Below are positions 45,950-56,800 of a stretch of DNA of 64,000 nt, one piece after another; within the stretch, counting starts at the first letter, position 1; each line of letters begins with the position of its first letter. The notes below the pieces were generated by a model. The model had not been told where the DNA came from. It saw nothing but the letters and a program-made list of their open reading frames with translations, and searched no databases. The DNA lies in NCBI GenBank assembly GCA_026936335.1, contig JAPMXV010000049.1, positions 186,001-250,000 of the forward strand, written 5' to 3'. Origin of the DNA: Mantamonas sphyraenae STR306 (taxonomy: Eukaryota; Protista; CRuMs). A program made the translations under genes and the position numbers.

Positions 45950-47430
45950 ATGAGCACAACGGAAGAGTTTGAGCAGGACGAAGATCCGGGTATCGCCGAT
46001 CAGAAGGTGATGACGATGTACACGACAGCTGGCGAGCTGGTGAACAGCGTGTTTGAGGCGACGGTTGCGCGTCTGCAGTCCGAGTGGGAGACGCTGGACA
46101 TTGTGGACCTTGCTGTGGACAACGACAAGGCTCTGGAGGAGGCAGCGGAGGGTGTGTACTCCAAACTTAAGGAAAAGGGCCTGTGCATGCCCCTGTGGTA
46201 GGTTTCCAGCTGGCAAGAAAGCGCAAATGGCCATCCGTCCGCTTGCATGCGGCCCCGTTCTTTTTCGCAGTCGGCCCGCATGGCCCGCAGATCCACACAG
46301 TTGCCCCGCAAGTCCAGCCACGCATTGGATAGCGACACCTGCACACGCCTTGGGTGCTGAGGATGTGGCGGGTGCGGCGAGGCAACGGGACAGGGTGGTT
46401 CATTGCGACGTGTGTTGATCATGCGTTTCGGCCGGTGCAGGTCGCGTGAACAGAAGGCTGAGGGAAAGAGAAAGAGGCTGATGTGGAATGGGAGACACTA
46501 ACTATAGGGCACACACGTGGGCATGGGACACACAGCGTGAGCATCAACGAGGTGATTGGCAACTTTGCGCCGCTGAGCTCGGACAAGGGCAAGATTACGC
46601 TCAAGGAGGGCGACGTGGTCAAGCTGGACTGTGGTCTGCACATCGGTGGGTACGCAGTGATGGCTGCAACCACGGTGGTGCTGGGAGCGACTGCCGAGGA
46701 ACCTGCTACGGGCCCTGCTGCTGACGTGGTCATGGCCGCGTACGAGGCAAGCATCGCCGCCATGAAGATGCTCAAGCCGGGCACGAAGAACACAGAGATC
46801 ACCAAGGTGATTGGACAGATTGCCGAGGCGTACCATGTGACGCCCGTGCAGGGTGTCCTGTCGCACGACCAGAGCAAGTACCAGTACGACGGCCCCAACG
46901 TGATCCTCAACCGCGCCGACACCGACGTGCAGGCGGACGAGTTTGAGGTTGGCGCCGACGAAGTGTACACCCTGGACGTGGTCATGTCTACCGGTGAGGG
47001 CGAGAGCAAGAGCAAGGACGAGCGCGTGCGCGTGTATGCGCTGAACATCGACGAGAAGTACCAGCTGAAGATGAAGAGCGCACGCAAGGTGTTTTCTGAA
47101 GCCCAGAAGCGATTCGTGTCGATGCCGTTCCCGCTGCGTGTGTTTGAGGACGGCCAGAGCCGCCTGGGCATCTCGGAGATGCTCAAGCACGCCCTGCTGA
47201 TTGAGTACCCGGTGACCGAGGAGAAGAAGGGTACCCTGGTGGCCCAGTTCAAGTTCACCGTGCTGGTGACCAGCACCAACACCCTGCGCATCAGCGGCCA
47301 GAAGCTGGATGCCCCGTACGTCAAGAGCGAGTACAAGGTGGAGGACGAGGCCATTGTTCAGATTCTCAACTCGACCACCAAGCGCAAGAAGAAGAAGAAG
47401 AAGAAGAAGGCCGCCTCCAACAGCGAGTAA
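45950..47430 (+). CDS. PA2G4: Proliferation-associated protein 2G4 / EBP1 (M24 fold); intron 46198-46535
   Basis: V...Y..AG.LVN, P.CVSIN..NFAPL, GDVVKLD.G.HIGGY, GVLSH, MPF.LR, VAQFKFTVL, Lys-rich tail. Confidence 0.9.
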
Positions 47431-47524
47431 ACCATGTTCTTTGTTTGGGAACGCATGCATTTTGCATTGCAAGTGTGTCAGCAGTGTCGAGAGCAGTTCA
47501 TTGCGCGCTCTCGCAGGCAGCCAG

Positions 47525-50500
47525 ATGTCGGTGCCAACGCGCTCCCTCGTGGAGGCAGTGCCCACACTGCACGTCGACAGCGGCGCCGGGGAGGACTCTG
47601 ACAAGGTGGCCATGTTGGTACACACTGAGCTGGGTCTGCTGCGAGTGGTGTGCGACGCAGAAACGACAGTGGGCCAGATCAAAGCAAGGTTGGCTCGCCA
47701 CTACGCAGACCTGGTTCAGAACAGCAAGCATTTCAGGAGTGGCAGCAACGAACTCAGCAAGGAAGCACGGGCGGCCATTGAGAGCGACGAAGAGCACATT
47801 CTGAGTGCGCTGGTGCACCGTCTGGCATTGGCCGACTCGTCGTTTTCGTTGGCCGACTCGATGGTGGTCGAAGACTTTCTTGACGTGATGGAGGTGCACA
47901 CGCTTGCCAGGGACCGAGCGTACGAGGACGACGACGACGGAGAGGACGATTACGGCGAGTCGCAGGAGGCCCACTTGGTGGCAGACTTGCACCCGAGTCT
48001 GAGCGTGGGCCACAGGAGAGCCGCGGAGCAAGCTGCCCAAGCAAAGACCGCCTCGGTGCGCGTGTCTGTGGACATGGATGGCCACGACGAATGGGGCACC
48101 GAAGTGGTGATGGAGTGGCCCATCAGGCACAGTGATAGCACGCTGGATGAGGTGTTGGCCCAGGTGGTGAGCCAATACCGGGTGTTTCTTGCTGCGCGAC
48201 GAGCTGTGTTTGTGGACGTGGAGGACACGCAGATCGCATACGTGGAGCTGCGTGGCCTCCACACAGAACGGCTTCAAGGAAAGGTTGCACACAAACGCAG
48301 CCTCAGCCCAGAATGGGTTTCACAATTACAGCAAGGTCAGGCCCAGCTGCACGTCCAGCTGCAGCTGCTAAGCGAACAGGACTCGGACGACACCCTCTCT
48401 TTGCGAGTCCAGGTGGGCCCCAACGACTCGGATGTCCTGCACATAGAAGCCTCACGTACGGAATACGTGTCCAGTGTGTGTGCAAAGGTGGAAGCGGCGT
48501 GTGGAGGTCGCACCGTCCTGGAGCTGCAGCTGCTCCCTGAATTCTTTGGCAACCCTGCAGACGCCATCTCTCTGGGTGAGGACATGGCACTGGAGGACTG
48601 CATGGACATCCTCGAGGGTGATTTTTGCCTGGTGGCCCAGTTTGAGGACAACCAAGAGCCTGCAGACACGCATGCCGTTGCGGAACGAGACACGGACAGC
48701 TCCACGCCTGCCAAGCTCGAACGTCAGTCATCCGCCCAGCTTAGTGCGCAGCTGTCCACGCCCAGCTTCTCCACTCAGCTCAAGTTGCTCAAGGTGCACG
48801 TGTGCGACCCCGCGTGCGAGCTGTACATTCCGCAACGCGGGGTCGACGTGCGTCGTGCAAAGCGGCTCATCGCTGACTGTCTGCAGCTGGGCAGGCACGA
48901 CGTGCGCCTGTGTCTGCAGACCAGCGACAGCATACACAACCACGAGGATGTGGATGACGGCACCTGCATTGTGCTCGAGGATGCAGACGCCCTCTTTGAG
49001 GAATACGAGGAGTTTCTTGTCGACGAGTCCTGGATGCTCGTCGCGTGTGTACAGAACCAGGCTCCCGGCGTGTTTGTGTGGCTGCGCACAGAGGACGGCT
49101 CTGCTATGCTTCCACCGCCTGAACAGACCAAAGGCGGCGACGACGACGACGATGGCCACTCCTCGTCCACTCCTCTTCGCGCCGGGTTCTTTGTCCAAGT
49201 AACCGATCCTCTTGATTCCGTGTGTGTCGGCGACGTCATACAGCGCTGCCGTGACTTTCTGGTGGAGGGCGACATGCTCACCGGGCTCTGTGTGTTTCAG
49301 GACGGCGACGCATGGCCGCTAGAGGATCACGAGGCCACTCTCGAGGACATGGAGGAGCTGTTTGAGCTGCATCAGGACAGCCAAATGGTGCTCACAGCCC
49401 CTGGCGTGGATCTTTGGCTGTGCTGCACCCCTTCTGTGTATGTTTGTGTCGATTATGTGTGCCATGGCGCGGATGAGCTGGAAGCGAAACTGTATCCCAT
49501 GCTGCGACCCGTCTCTCTCGAGTACCACACCTGTGGTGTGCTGATGGCCATGTGTCATCAGCACTTGCGCCATCAACGTGGAGGGCACCTGCGTCTGCAA
49601 TCGTTGTGCCTGTTTGACGACCCGCAACGCACGGAGCTCGATCCCGGTATTATGGTCGAAGACCTCGCCGATTTCACTCTGCACAACACCCTCTTTTTGC
49701 AGGCCGTGCTTGTCAGCAACATTGCCGCGCTGTCGATAAGTTCGAGCAGCAGTGCAGTTAGCAGCGGCAGTGGCGTTGCCGTGCCGGTCGTGGCCACCGC
49801 GGCCAGCTCCTCCTCCTCCTCCTCCTCTTCTGACTCCTCGGGGGCTTCGTCCTCCAGCATTCACCTGAGCTTTGCCAGCAGCGGTGACGAAGGCGACAGA
49901 GTGCAGGTGCATGTGGACGCCAATGTGTACACACTGCCTGCTGAGGGGACCAACGTCTTGCGAACCGGCTTGGATTTGAGAAAGGCGGTGAGCAAGGCCT
50001 GGTGCGCTCAAAACACCCAGCTTGGCAAGCAATCAGATGGCATGCTCACGTACCTGGTGATTGAGATGAAGAACGGCGAGGTGCAGCGCATCCAGGACGA
50101 GGCTAGCCTGGACGGAGTGCTTCCGCTTCCGCCCGGATTCCGACTGCGTGCAAGCAACGGAGTGCAGGCTCGGTTCCTGTTTGGTGAACAAACATTCGAG
50201 CTGGCGTGCTTGCCCTGGGTCAACGTCCAACATATGCTGACGTCGCTACGGCGCAAGAGCAAGATGAAGAAGATCGGCGGTCTCCATCTGGTGGTGGGTG
50301 GCCCCTACACACACTACTGCCACTCCATGTCGCGATTGGACAACATGGACTTGAGCACACTGCTGTCGGGCGTGGTGGCTGAGCACGAGGACCTTGCATT
50401 GGGAGATCTGCTTGCTCGCCATCCAAGGAATCCTTGGTGGATTGCCGCCTCTCCTCCTCTCGATGTGGTGTATGTGGACGGCCAGCGGCACAAAGTGCCT

Positions 50501-50851
50501 CCGCTGTGGATGCCCGTGCATGTGTCCAACACAGAGTGGATCCTGCTTCACCTGGACCCGCTCGACTCGGCCATCGAGATTGTCGAAGCCACCCTCGACC
50601 GGGTGTATGCCAGCAACAAGCGGCGGGAACAGAAGACTCCTGTCGGTGAAGAGATGGAAGTGTCGCTTATGTTTCAGTCGGGCAAGGAGATTGTGCTGCA
50701 GGAGGCCACCATTGTGGAAGAACTGATGATCGACGGTGTTGTGGACGAGCAACTGGGCCAGTTGATGAGCGGCTGCCACCTTGTTGCTGCGTGTGTTGCA
50801 GACAATTTGAGCGACGGAGACGATGGCAGCGACTTGGAGGATGGCTTGTGA
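47525..50851 (+). CDS. Uncharacterised ~1100-aa acidic protein, possibly tandem ubiquitin-like domains
   Basis: Long ORF filling the gap between PA2G4 and the U-box gene; recurrent L-x-D/E-x2-3-(L/V)-E-D motif. Confidence 0.7.
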   Translation: MSVPTRSLVEAVPTLHVDSGAGEDSDKVAMLVHTELGLLRVVCDAETTVGQIKARLARHYADLVQNSKHFRSGSNELSKEARAAIESDEEHILSALVHRLALADSSFSLADSMVVEDFLDVMEVHTLARDRAYEDDDDGEDDYGESQEAHLVADLHPSLSVGHRRAAEQAAQAKTASVRVSVDMDGHDEWGTEVVMEWPIRHSDSTLDEVLAQVVSQYRVFLAARRAVFVDVEDTQIAYVELRGLHTERLQGKVAHKRSLSPEWVSQLQQGQAQLHVQLQLLSEQDSDDTLSLRVQVGPNDSDVLHIEASRTEYVSSVCAKVEAACGGRTVLELQLLPEFFGNPADAISLGEDMALEDCMDILEGDFCLVAQFEDNQEPADTHAVAERDTDSSTPAKLERQSSAQLSAQLSTPSFSTQLKLLKVHVCDPACELYIPQRGVDVRRAKRLIADCLQLGRHDVRLCLQTSDSIHNHEDVDDGTCIVLEDADALFEEYEEFLVDESWMLVACVQNQAPGVFVWLRTEDGSAMLPPPEQTKGGDDDDDGHSSSTPLRAGFFVQVTDPLDSVCVGDVIQRCRDFLVEGDMLTGLCVFQDGDAWPLEDHEATLEDMEELFELHQDSQMVLTAPGVDLWLCCTPSVYVCVDYVCHGADELEAKLYPMLRPVSLEYHTCGVLMAMCHQHLRHQRGGHLRLQSLCLFDDPQRTELDPGIMVEDLADFTLHNTLFLQAVLVSNIAALSISSSSSAVSSGSGVAVPVVATAASSSSSSSSSDSSGASSSSIHLSFASSGDEGDRVQVHVDANVYTLPAEGTNVLRTGLDLRKAVSKAWCAQNTQLGKQSDGMLTYLVIEMKNGEVQRIQDEASLDGVLPLPPGFRLRASNGVQARFLFGEQTFELACLPWVNVQHMLTSLRRKSKMKKIGGLHLVVGGPYTHYCHSMSRLDNMDLSTLLSGVVAEHEDLALGDLLARHPRNPWWIAASPPLDVVYVDGQRHKVPPLWMPVHVSNTEWILLHLDPLDSAIEIVEATLDRVYASNKRREQKTPVGEEMEVSLMFQSGKEIVLQEATIVEELMIDGVVDEQLGQLMSGCHLVAACVADNLSDGDDGSDLEDGL

Positions 50852-51010
50852 GCAGAGAGAGCCCGAAATGAACCAAAGCAAAAGTTGCGAGTTGTGGTGG
50901 GTTGCCATTGCCGTTTCATGCGTGTAGGACGGGGCGGCGGGACGGGCTGGGCTGGGCTGACACACATTGCGTGCGATGTGGAATGTCTGGTGTCCAGATC
51001 GAGGGACGCA

Positions 51011-52339
51011 ATGGACGACGCGCTGCGGGATCCGATCGATTTTGAGTTGTTTGTCGATCCCGTGACGACGCCGTACGGACACACTTTCTCACGACGAACG
51101 ATTGAGCGATGTCTGGACGCAAAGCCCAGCTGTCCAATCACACATCAGCCGCTGCAGAAGAAAGGTGAGCAGTGCGGACGGAAGACGGAAAATATCGGCC
51201 TGCTTTCGGAGAAACCTAGCCCACTGACACAAGCTTGCAACACGACATCGGGGTTGTCCTTTGCGCGTCGGCCTGTATGCTACGTGACTCGGGTGCAAAG
51301 ACTTGATCCCCAATTTTGTCTTGCGTGACGTGGTGGAGGCATACGCTGCCGAGCGGAACGGCGGCAACGAGAACGACGACACACAACGGCGGAAGCCCGG
51401 CAAGGGGGTGCTGGAAAGCTTGGGGAGGAGAAGCGCCGGTTGTTGATGGCCAAGGTGAAGCGAGATCATCAAACAGCTCGACTGGCAAGCATTGACGCAC
51501 AGCTGGAGAGCATGCCGAGGACGCGTACGGAATTGGCCGAGAGGCTGCAAGCGCTGCAAGAGGAGCTGACCGCGTTGAAGCAAAGCCAAGACGTGGATGC
51601 ACACACTCTCATGGAGAAGGAGGAGATCGTGGAGCAGGTGTCCAGCGACGAGCGTCACCTGGACAAGCGTCAAACTGAGCTGGAGACGCAGCGCACCGAG
51701 TTGGAGCTGCAGGCGGAGGACCAGAGCGCCATGGTGAGCTCGCTGTCCTCTGCATACGACAAGCTGTACATGGAAGCCATGACCATGTTCCAAGAGGTCG
51801 AGGAGATGAGCATCGAGCACGACGAGAAGGAACGACTTCAACGACTGGACCTGGCGACGGAGGTCAAGGAGAAGGGCAACCGCATGTACAGCAAGAAGGA
51901 ATACCAGGAAGCCGTGGAGCTGTACTCGCAGGCCATCGAGATGTACGAGCCGTTTGTCAACGGCTTCTTCCACCTCAACCGCTGTGCGGCGTACACAAAG
52001 CTGAACATGCTGCGCGAGGCGTTGGCAGATTGTCACACCGTGCTGCTGTTGTTCCACTGGAACCCGGACACGCTTGCCCCGTTCAAAGAGGGCAGCGGCG
52101 GAGGTAGCGAGAGCAGCAGCAAAACGGGGCCCGGCGCCTCGTCGTCGTCAACCGCCTCCACGACGCAGTTGCTCTCCACCGAAGACAGAAACATGTTGAG
52201 CAAAGCACTGCGTCGCATGGCTGAAGCCTACTTGCAGGATGGGCGGAAAAAGGATGCCTTGGCGCCGCTGCTGCGTGCGCTTGATCTGAACGAGAACGAC
52301 AAACACGCCAAGAAGCTGCTGGAGACAATTCAGGCGTAG
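51011..52339 (+). CDS. U-box + coiled coil + TPR protein; intron 51165-51300; apparent frameshift near 51380
   Basis: DPIDFELFVDPVTTPYGHTFSR..I..CPITHQPL..LIPNFVLR; TPR KEKGNRMY..EYQEAVELYSQAI, NRCAAY, KALRRMAEAY. Confidence 0.8.
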
Positions 52340-52431
52340 GGAAGATGCGAATGGAAGGGGACGAGGGAGAGTTGTGAGAATGGGGAATGGACACTCGGAT
52401 GCTGCCACCAACCCATCAAAAATTCACCTCC

Positions 52432-53865
52432 ATGAGCACGCGCTACGGCTCGTCCTCGTCGGCATCGTACGGGACCACACGGTGGAAGATGGACACTGTG
52501 AAGGAAGTGGTGAGCTCCAACTTTGAGAAACGAGGGTGGATCAAGACATCAAGTGATGGTGAGTGCCCGGGGGCGAGGGGCGATGAGCGGTTCCTGTGCG
52601 GCAAACTCCGGCTCACACACGCGCACGTGGCGGGTCTCCTGCAGAGGATTGGAATGTGTACTGGGCGTCGGTGTACTCTGTGAAACAGATTTTCAACCCA
52701 GAGTTTGGCTATCGGCTGAACGATTGGCAGTACGTTGGTAGAGGCGCGGCGCCGGGAAAATGGGCGCGCTATCGATGGACTTTCGCGCGAGGCTGACACA
52801 CAAGGGGATGCGTGTACACCCCGCATGCGTACGGAAAGGATCATCAACCACTTTCCCAACCACTACGAACTCACGCGCAAGGACCTGATGGTAAAGAACA
52901 TCCGTCGATACCGCAAGGAACTGGAAAAGGAGTTTTCGTCGAGCAGCGAAGCTGAGCAACAGGAGTTTGAGGAGATGCTGGACTTTGTGCCATCGACGTG
53001 GTCGTTGCCCACAGACTACTCGTTGTTTGTGGAGCATGCACGCAAGAATCCAGACTCGGTGTGGATTCTCAAGCCGTCCGCGCGCGCTCAAGGTGCAGGC
53101 ATCTTGATCCTGAACAAGCTCAGCCAGCTGAAAAAGTGGAGCAAGGACAACAAAGCCAGCGGGAACAGAGATCACTACATTGTGTCCAGATACATCGACA
53201 ACCCGTTGCTGATAGGGGGCAAGAAGTTCGATCTGAGGATGTACGTGCTGGTCACGTCATACCGGCCGCTGAAGGCTTACCTGTTCAAAGACGGCTTTGC
53301 ACGCTTCTGCACGGTCGAGTACAGCAACGACATCAGCGACATGGACAACATGTATGTGCATCTGACCAATGTGGCCATTCAGAAACACGGCGAAGAGTAC
53401 AACTACGCGCACGGCGGCAAATGGCCCTACAAGAACCTGCTGATGTACCTGCAGGCCAACTACGGCCAAGACGAAACCGATACAATGGTGGAGCAGATGC
53501 ACATGATTTTTATTCACTCCCTAAAGGCGGTGCAACGGGTGATCAACAATGACAAGCACTGCTTCGAATGCTACGGCTACGACGTCATCATTGACGACAA
53601 CCTGAAGCCTTGGCTGATCGAGGTCAATGCCTCACCGTCCTTGTCCTCGACCACCGCCAAGGACAAACTGCTCAAAACGACGCTCCTCGATGATGTGATG
53701 AGCATTGTCGTGCCCGACGGCACTGCTGATGTAAGTGCAAAGAATCAATTCTCAGAGACAGAGAATCTGGGCAACTTTGTCATGCTTTACGACGAGCTGG
53801 CCGAGTTGGAGGAGCGCACGAGCAGAGAGTCCTCGTCGTCACGCGGTCGCAAGGGGAAAAGGTGA
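52432..53865 (+). CDS. TTLL1: Tubulin polyglutamylase TTLL1; introns 52559-52644, 52730-52838
   Basis: INHFPNHYELTRKDLMVKNI.RYRKELE, KKFDLRMYVLVTSYRPL, HLTNVAIQK, CFECYGYD, WLIEVNASPSL. Confidence 0.95.
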
Positions 53866-53886
53866 CGGGTGACAATGCACGCATTT

Positions 53887-56800
53887 TTAGTTGTTCGTGG
53901 ATGAACCATCTTGACCGTTGTGGCTGCTGGAGCTGGAGGAAGACGAGCTGGTGGAGCTGGTGGAGCTGGCACGCTTTCTTCCCAACGCAAGGGACGCAAG
54001 TTGCTTGACCATGTCCGACTTTTTGCTGGTGAGAAGCTCCACCTGTAGCTCAAGGTCGTTCACGCGTGCCGAAAGGGATTCGTTCTCCGCCTCCAGTTCC
54101 GACACACGTGTGGATTGCTCGCGCTTCTGTGATCGCAGCTGGGAAGACAGCTTTTGGGCAAGCGCAAGCTTCTTCTCCAACGCAGCAATGGCCTTGCTCG
54201 AGTCGGACTGGACCAGGCCTTCGTTCGCAAGAGACGCCTTCTGAAGGGCATCCATCTCCATCTCGTGGGTGACTCGCAGATCCTCCAGCGCCTGCTCCTT
54301 GGCGGCAAGCATTGCTTGTTCCTGTGCAACCAATGCTTCTTCTCGCTCCCGGTCCTTCTCCGTTCGTACCTGCTCCAGCCTGTGGCTCATCTCCTCTGCA
54401 AGGCCATCTTCCTCCTTCTTCCGCTCCAACGCCGCTCGTGCCACTTGTGCCACCAGCGCCTTCTTCTCCTCCTGTGCCTCGTCAATCTCCTCCTGCAGCT
54501 CATCCACATCCTCCTGCAACCCATCACGCTCCTCTTCCACACTTGCCAGCTGCTTCTCCACTTCGCTCTTCTGCTGCTTCACCTCCCCCAGCATCTTCTG
54601 CAACAAGCTCATTCGCTTCTCCATACTGGCCACTTCCTTGCCACAAGACTCCACAGCCACCTTCAACTCGGCGTTCTCATCTTCCAGCTGACTGCGCGTC
54701 GTGCGCAGCAGACGTTCTGTGAGCTCCAACTTTTCCAGGGCCCCCACGCGGTCAGCCTCTGCCTTTTTGAGCAGCTGAGCGTTGTGAGCCAGCCGCTCGT
54801 CCAGTGTTTTGATCTCGGAGAGCAGCCTGCGGTTGTCTGCTTGCAGGACAAGGAGATGCTGGTGAGACTCCAGGGCCTTGTCGTGCTGTTCCTTCAGCGC
54901 AGTCAATGCATCCTCATGTGACTCATCCTTGACAACGAGCGCTTGCGCATGTTGCTCCTGCAGTTCTGCCACAGCCTTGTCATGCTCTTCCTTCAGCTCA
55001 GACATGGCCTTGTCATGCTCTTCCTCCAGCTCAGTCAGTGCGTCCTCATGCGACTCATCCTTGACAACAAGCGCTTGCGCATGCTGCTCCTTCAGTTCTG
55101 CCACAGTCTTGTCATGCTCTTCTTTCAGCTCAGTCAGTGCATCCTCATGCGACTTATCCTTGACAACGAGCGCTTGTGCATGCTGTTCCTTCAGTTCTGC
55201 CACAGTCTTGTCATGCTGTTCCTTCAGCTCAGACATGGCCTTGTCATGCTCTTCTTTCAGCTCAGTCAGTGCATCCTCATGCGACTCATCCTTGACAACA
55301 AGCGCTTGCGCATGCTGCTCCTTCAGTTCTGCCACAGTCTTGTCATGCTCTTCTTTCAGCTCAGTCAGTGCATCCTCATGCGACTCATCCTTGACAACGA
55401 GCGCTTGCGCATGTTGCTCCTGCAGTTCTGCCACAGTCTTGTCATGCTGTTCCTTCAGCTCAGTCAGTGCGTCCTCTAGCGACTCATCCTTGACAGCGAG
55501 CGCTTGCGCATGTTGCTTCTGCAGTTCTGCCACAGTCTTGTCATGCTCTTCCTTCAGCTCAGTCAATGCATCCTCATGCGACTCATCCTTGACAGCGAGC
55601 GCATGTGCATGCTGCTCCTTCAGTTCTGCCACAGTCTTGTCATGCTCTTCCTTCAGCTCAGTCAGTGCATCCTCATGCGACTCATCCTTGACAACAAGCG
55701 CTTGCGCATGCTGCTCCTTCAGTTCTGCCACAGCCTTGTCATGCTCTTCTTTCAGCTCAGTCAATGCATCCTCATGCGACTCATCCTTGACAACAAGCGC
55801 TTGCGCATGCTGCTCCTTCAGTTGAGCCACAGTCTTGTCATGCTCTTCCTTCAGCTCAGTCAGTGCGTCCTCTAGCGACTCATCCTTGACAACAAGCGCT
55901 TGCGCATGTTGCTCCTTCAGTTCTGCCACAGCCTTGTCATGCTCTTCCTTCAGCTCAGTCAGTGCATCCTCATGCGACTCATCCTTGACAACAAGCGCTT
56001 GCGCATGCTGCTCCTTCAGTTCTGCCACAGTCTTGTCATGCTCTTCTTTCAGCTCAGTCAGTGCATCCTCATGCGACTCATCCTTGACAACAAGCGCTTG
56101 CGCATGCTGCTCCTTCAGTTCTGCCACAGTCTTGTCATGCTCTTCTTTCAGCTCAGTCAATGCATCCTCTTGCGACTCATCCTTGACAACAAGCGCTTGC
56201 GCATGCTGCTCCTTCAGTTGAGCCACAGTCTTGTCATGCTCTTCTTTCAGCTCAGTCAGTGCATCCTCATGCGACTCATCCTTGACAACAAGCGCTTGCG
56301 CATGCTGCTCCTTCAGTTCTGCCACAGTCTTGTCATGCTCTTCTTTCAGCTCAGTCAGTGCATCCTCATGCGACTCATCCTTGACAACAAGCGCTTGCGC
56401 ATGCTGCTCCTTCAGTTCTGCCACAGTCTTGTCATGCTCTTCTTTCAGCTCAGTCAATGCATCCTCATGCGACTCATCCTTGACAACAAGCGCTTGCGCA
56501 TGCTGCTCCTTCAGTTGAGCCACAGTCTTGTCATGCTCTTCCTTCAGCTCAGTCAGTGCGTCCTCTAGCGACTCATCCTTGACAACAAGCGCTTGCGCAT
56601 GCTGCTCCTTCAGTTCTGCCACAGCCTTGTCATGCTCTTCTTTCAGCTCAGTCAATGCATCCTCATGCGACTTATCCTTGACAACAAGCGCTTGCGCATG
56701 CTGCTCCTTCAGTTCTGCCACAGTCTTGTCATGCTCTTCCTTCAGCTCAGTCAGTGCGTCCTCTTGCGACTCATCCTTGACAACAAGCGCTTGCGCATGT

